Assembly: GCA_964016885.1 (NCBI GenBank)
Contig: OZ024756.1
Location: 2,108,001-2,172,000 of the forward strand
Source of the DNA: Eledone cirrhosa
Lineage: Eukaryota
Direction of reading: 5' to 3'
DNA length: 64,000 bases
Shown: positions 59,001-64,000 of the stretch, piece by piece
Numbering within the stretch: the first letter of the stretch is position 1
Layout of the letters: every line of letters starts with the position of its first letter
Position numbers and translations under genes: made by a program
Notes under the pieces: generated by a model
What the model saw: the letters and a program-made list of their open reading frames with translations, nothing else
Databases searched by the model: none
Told to the model about the DNA's origin: nothing

Positions 59001-59592
59001 CTCTATCACCCATCTCTCCCTTTCCACCTTCACTCTCATCTCCTCCCCTTTTTTTCATCCTTTCCACCCCCACCCCTCCCTAAATATAATATATTTTTTC
59101 CTCGCACATATCCTCCCTTCGTTAATTTTCAAAATTTTTAATTTATACAGTATCTTCCAACGGTTTTCAACCCCTCTATATAAAATATATCTCCTCTCAG
59201 TTATAAAAACTATCTCTTTCTCTCTATCACCCATCTCTCCCTCTCATCTCCTTCCCTTTTCATCCTTTTCTCTCCCCCCCCTCTCTAAATAAAATATTTT
59301 TCCCAATATCACACATCAATCTAAAACCACTTTTCATATGTTGATTTAAAACTGCACTATCAACAAGTGTTTTTTTAGCCTTCATATCATGTTCTCCTGT
59401 TTTATCTGATGAAAACACAAATATTATTGTTTTGATGATGTTTGTTTTTGAAATGCGCATAATAAAATATATTGAACTCCTTTAACCATCTTTTGATCTT
59501 ATATTATGCATACTCCAGTCCCACAAACTGTAGAGTGCTTCTTATCCGATATCTGCATTGCTTTATTGTACTACAATAAAACTCACCTCCTA
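56025..59592. mobile_element. Penelope-like element 3' portion present as a 3.5-kb palindrome, with hammerhead motifs at 56064-56131 (minus) and 59400-59467 (plus)
   Basis: Arms 56025-57767 and 57771-59506 around loop TGG; ttttat-CTGATGA..GAAA-tgcgca-TA-ataaaa; (TA)n on both flanks. Confidence 0.9.
57772..58158 (+). pseudogene. PLE GIY-YIG endonuclease domain, open frame but 5'-truncated by the fold-back
   Basis: CLDKNLIYECKIITSTNSFTYFGSTSTSFKARLYNHHSSF...MWSLKDKNIKYNIFWK...CNLCLNEK...INRRSDLFSICLHK; the mirror copy has a 7-bp duplication near 57495. Confidence 0.85.
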
Positions 59593-59593
59593 C

Positions 59594-59738
<145 letters not shown>

Positions 59739-59782
59739 AATATATATATATATATATGTATACGTATATGTATATATATATT

Positions 59783-60066
59783 AGAAAGTGAGGTTTTTTT
59801 TTACAAATTGAACTTAACCGAGGTATCCTACACGAGTGAAAGTATAAAGAAAAAGAGATGAAATCGAAAATGCAACACTTCATTGCTGTAGTGGAGTCTG
59901 TGCTGCTGTATGGGTCTGAGACTTGGACACTGACCAAGAAACTCACTCAGATGGTGGATGGGTGCTACACGAGAATGCTGAGGATGGCTCTGAACATTAA
60001 TCAGTATACACTGAGGATGAAAAACTCAGAGCTGTATGGGAGCATCCCAAAAGTCAGCTCAAAAGT
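59783..60066 (+). mobile_element. RTE-clade LINE fragment (post-RT region)
   Basis: [21 protein letters not shown]...[14 protein letters not shown], the LLYGSETW signature. Confidence 0.85.
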
Positions 60067-60067
60067 G

Positions 60068-61418
<1,351 letters not shown>

Positions 61419-61456
61419 AGAAGGATTTGAATGGATACAGTTTAGTTAAAAGGAAT

Positions 61457-61577
61457 TTATTGACACGTGTTTCTATAACAGTTACATAACCTGAAAACAG
61501 CTGCTATCTACAAAGTATTAGTTATGCAGACATTCAATATTTCAATGTTATTATCAACTGTGATTTCATCGGAATAA
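61457..61577 (-). ncRNA. Hammerhead-like motif with CCGATGA core and very long loop II (family i)
   Basis: ttatt-CCGATGA-aatcACAGTT..long loop..AACTGTtata-GAAAC-acgt-GTC-aataa. Confidence 0.65.
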
Positions 61578-61872
61578 TTTTACTGAGGACCTGTTTGGTT
61601 TTTATAGAGAATATTAGGAGGGAGGGGTGAAGTTGTTAGAAGAATAGTTGAGGGTGTGGTTTTTTGATAGCAGTGAGAATTTTTGGTGGCAGTGAGTAAT
61701 TAGATTCCCATCTGTTGTTTTGACATTTTTATAGAATATATTATTGGTTATTTTTCTAAATCTATAGAAGGATTAGAGATAGTAAAGATATGCGTGGTTG
61801 GTTTTGTAATATTTATATTACAACACTACGGAAAATACTGTATATGTATATATATATGTATATATATATGTA

Positions 61873-63151
61873 GTAACATGTATCCCAGTACAACCTGTCT
61901 CATGGTCGGGTCGTTGGCGACTAAACTGGCAACCCCACCAAGGTTTCTTGGTGAGGAGGGTGACTTTGGACATCCTGCAGGACTAAAAACAAAACCTGTC
62001 AAAGGGCAAAGGAGCTCTTAAGAGTCAATGGCCATCCAAAATCACCGGGAGAGATGACCCCTTTAGCCTTAGTCAAGGCAGAATTCTAGGAGAAGGAAAA
62101 CTCTGATATAACACCTGCAACCCTGATGGTATCCAATGATGTTGACTTGTTCTTCTTTTTGGTAAATAGCATCTTGGTTAAGAGAGTGGGACTGGCTTTG
62201 TGCAGTGCCTTTGCTCACTATAAAAGCTTCACGGCACAGGCATTGCTTTATATCTGGAGATCTCTCTGCACTTGTCCTCACATGGGCCCAGCACTATGTG
62301 TCAATAATTGTCCTACCATGGGCCTAGCACTATGTGTCAATGATTGTCACAGGTGTAGTGTTTGTACCAGAGGTTTCAAGTCGCTGGCTGGACTAAAAAG
62401 TCACACTCGTTCAGCGCTTCGGTAGGGGTTATCCTACATGGATGTAAAGTAGTGGCCGTACTCGAAAACGAGTTGGCAGCCACCATATATATATGTATGT
62501 ATATATATATGTATATATATATATGTATATATATATATTTATGTCAGGTCACCAGTTGGTGCTACTGGTAACATGTATCCCAGTACAACCTGTCTCATGG
62601 TCGGGTCGTTGGCGACTAAACTGGCAACCCCACCAAGGTTTCTTGGTAAGGAGGGTGACTTTGGACATCCTGCAGGACTAAAAAGAAAACCTGTCAAAAG
62701 GCAAAGGAGCTCTTAAGAGTCAATGGCCACCCAAAATCACCGGGAGAGATGACCCCTTAGCCTTTGTCAAGGCAGAATTCTAGGAGAAGGAAAACTCTGA
62801 TATAACACCTGCAACCCTGATGGTATCCAATGATGTTGACTTGTTCTTCTTTTTGGTAAATATCATCTTGGTTAAGAGAGTGGGACTGGCTTTGTGCAGT
62901 GCCTTTGCTCACTATAAAAGCTTCACGGCACAGGCATTGCTTTATATCTGGAGATCTCTCTGCACTTGTCATCACATGGTACCATGGGCCCAGCACTATG
63001 TGTCAATAATTGTCACAAGTGTAGTGTTTGTACCAGAGTTTTCAAGTCGCTGGCTGGACTAAAAAGTCACACTCGTTCAGCGCATTGGTAGGGGTTCTCC
63101 TACATGGATATAAAGTAGTGGCCGTACTCGAAAACGAGTTGGCAGCCACCA
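61873..63151 (+). mobile_element. Two tandem family A RTE-like copies (61873-62485 and 62543-63151)
   Basis: Near-identical to 21388-21983, separated by a TA/TATG spacer. Confidence 0.8.
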
Positions 63152-63216
63152 TATATATATATGTATATATATATACATATATATATATATGTATATATAT
63201 ATACATATATATATAC

Positions 63217-63252
<36 letters not shown>

Positions 63253-63264
63253 GTATATATATGT

Positions 63265-64000
63265 TTAAACGACAAAACCCTAACAATCAAAGAGGCAGAT
63301 AAAGGGAGTGCAGTAGTCCTTATGGAGACAGCTTATTACACAACTCTAGTACTCTCAACTCTAGAAAACCAAACATATTATGAAAAGGCCAAACACTACA
63401 CACAACAGAAAATAATGAGAAACCTAAAATCCCTAACAACCCTTTACAAAGAAGGCCTTACAGACAAGGAATACAACTACATCACCAATTTCAAAAGCAG
63501 AACCTGTTTCTCCTACGTTATCCCCAAGACACACAAAAGCGAAGTAATAGGCAGGGCCTGCAAGCAAGCCACAGACGTTTACATCAATATAGCCCTTCCC
63601 GATGACCCATAATAGCAGGCACCACATGTGAAACCCATCGCCTAAGCAACTTCCTAGATATTCTGATTAAACCTTTCCTAAAACATATAAAAAGCTTCAT
63701 ATTGGACGACCTTGACATGCTCAACCACCTCCCAACAACACTCAATAACGAACATACCCTACTAGTAACCTTTGATGTCATCAATTTATATTCTAATATC
63801 CCACATAACCTAGGTATAGAGGCAATACAATTCTGGATGGAAAATTTCCCTAGTGAACTTCCACAGCGCATCCCTAAAGAATTTGTGTTGGAGGGACTCA
63901 AATTCATCTTGGAAAACAATTTCTTCGTATTCAATGCCAAATACTAGACAGAAATCTGGGACTGCCATGGGCACGAAAGTGGCCCCCCTCATACGCCAAC
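63265..64000 (+). pseudogene. Penelope-like reverse transcriptase (Neptune-like), disrupted, runs off the window
   Basis: [13 protein letters not shown] (DKG motif), Y.IPKTHK, LSNFLDILIKP, LLVTFDVINLYSNIPH..G, LKFILENNFFVFN, Q..GTAMGTKVAPSYAN; stop/frameshift near 63610 and a stop at 63945. Confidence 0.9.

Noticed and set aside
56071-59460. Identical 66-aa ORFs on opposite strands as a duplicated gene
   Set aside because: They are antisense to the PLE 3' UTR/ribozyme and are duplicated only by the palindrome

Overview
AT-rich, microsatellite-saturated animal DNA. The repeat families and composition suggest a cephalopod, probably Octopus (inferred, not verified). No host protein-coding gene can be called with confidence, and almost all supplied ORFs are translations of simple repeats. 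The recognisable content is mobile DNA: a decayed Dong/R4-type LINE end, RTE and Tx1-like fragments, two bipartite non-autonomous RTE-like families, many tRNA-headed SINEs, a probable Helitron, and a large Penelope-like element (PLE) component (an RT pseudogene, GIY-YIG endonuclease copies and many short terminal fragments). The main signal is about 20 type I hammerhead ribozyme motifs from roughly nine unrelated families. They lie in short units embedded in (TA)n tracts, most have a self-complementary stem III, and four have a variant CCGANGA core. Many units are fold-back inverted repeats, up to a 3.5-kb palindrome (56025-59506) that turns on a 3-nt loop. All folds and alignments were done by eye.
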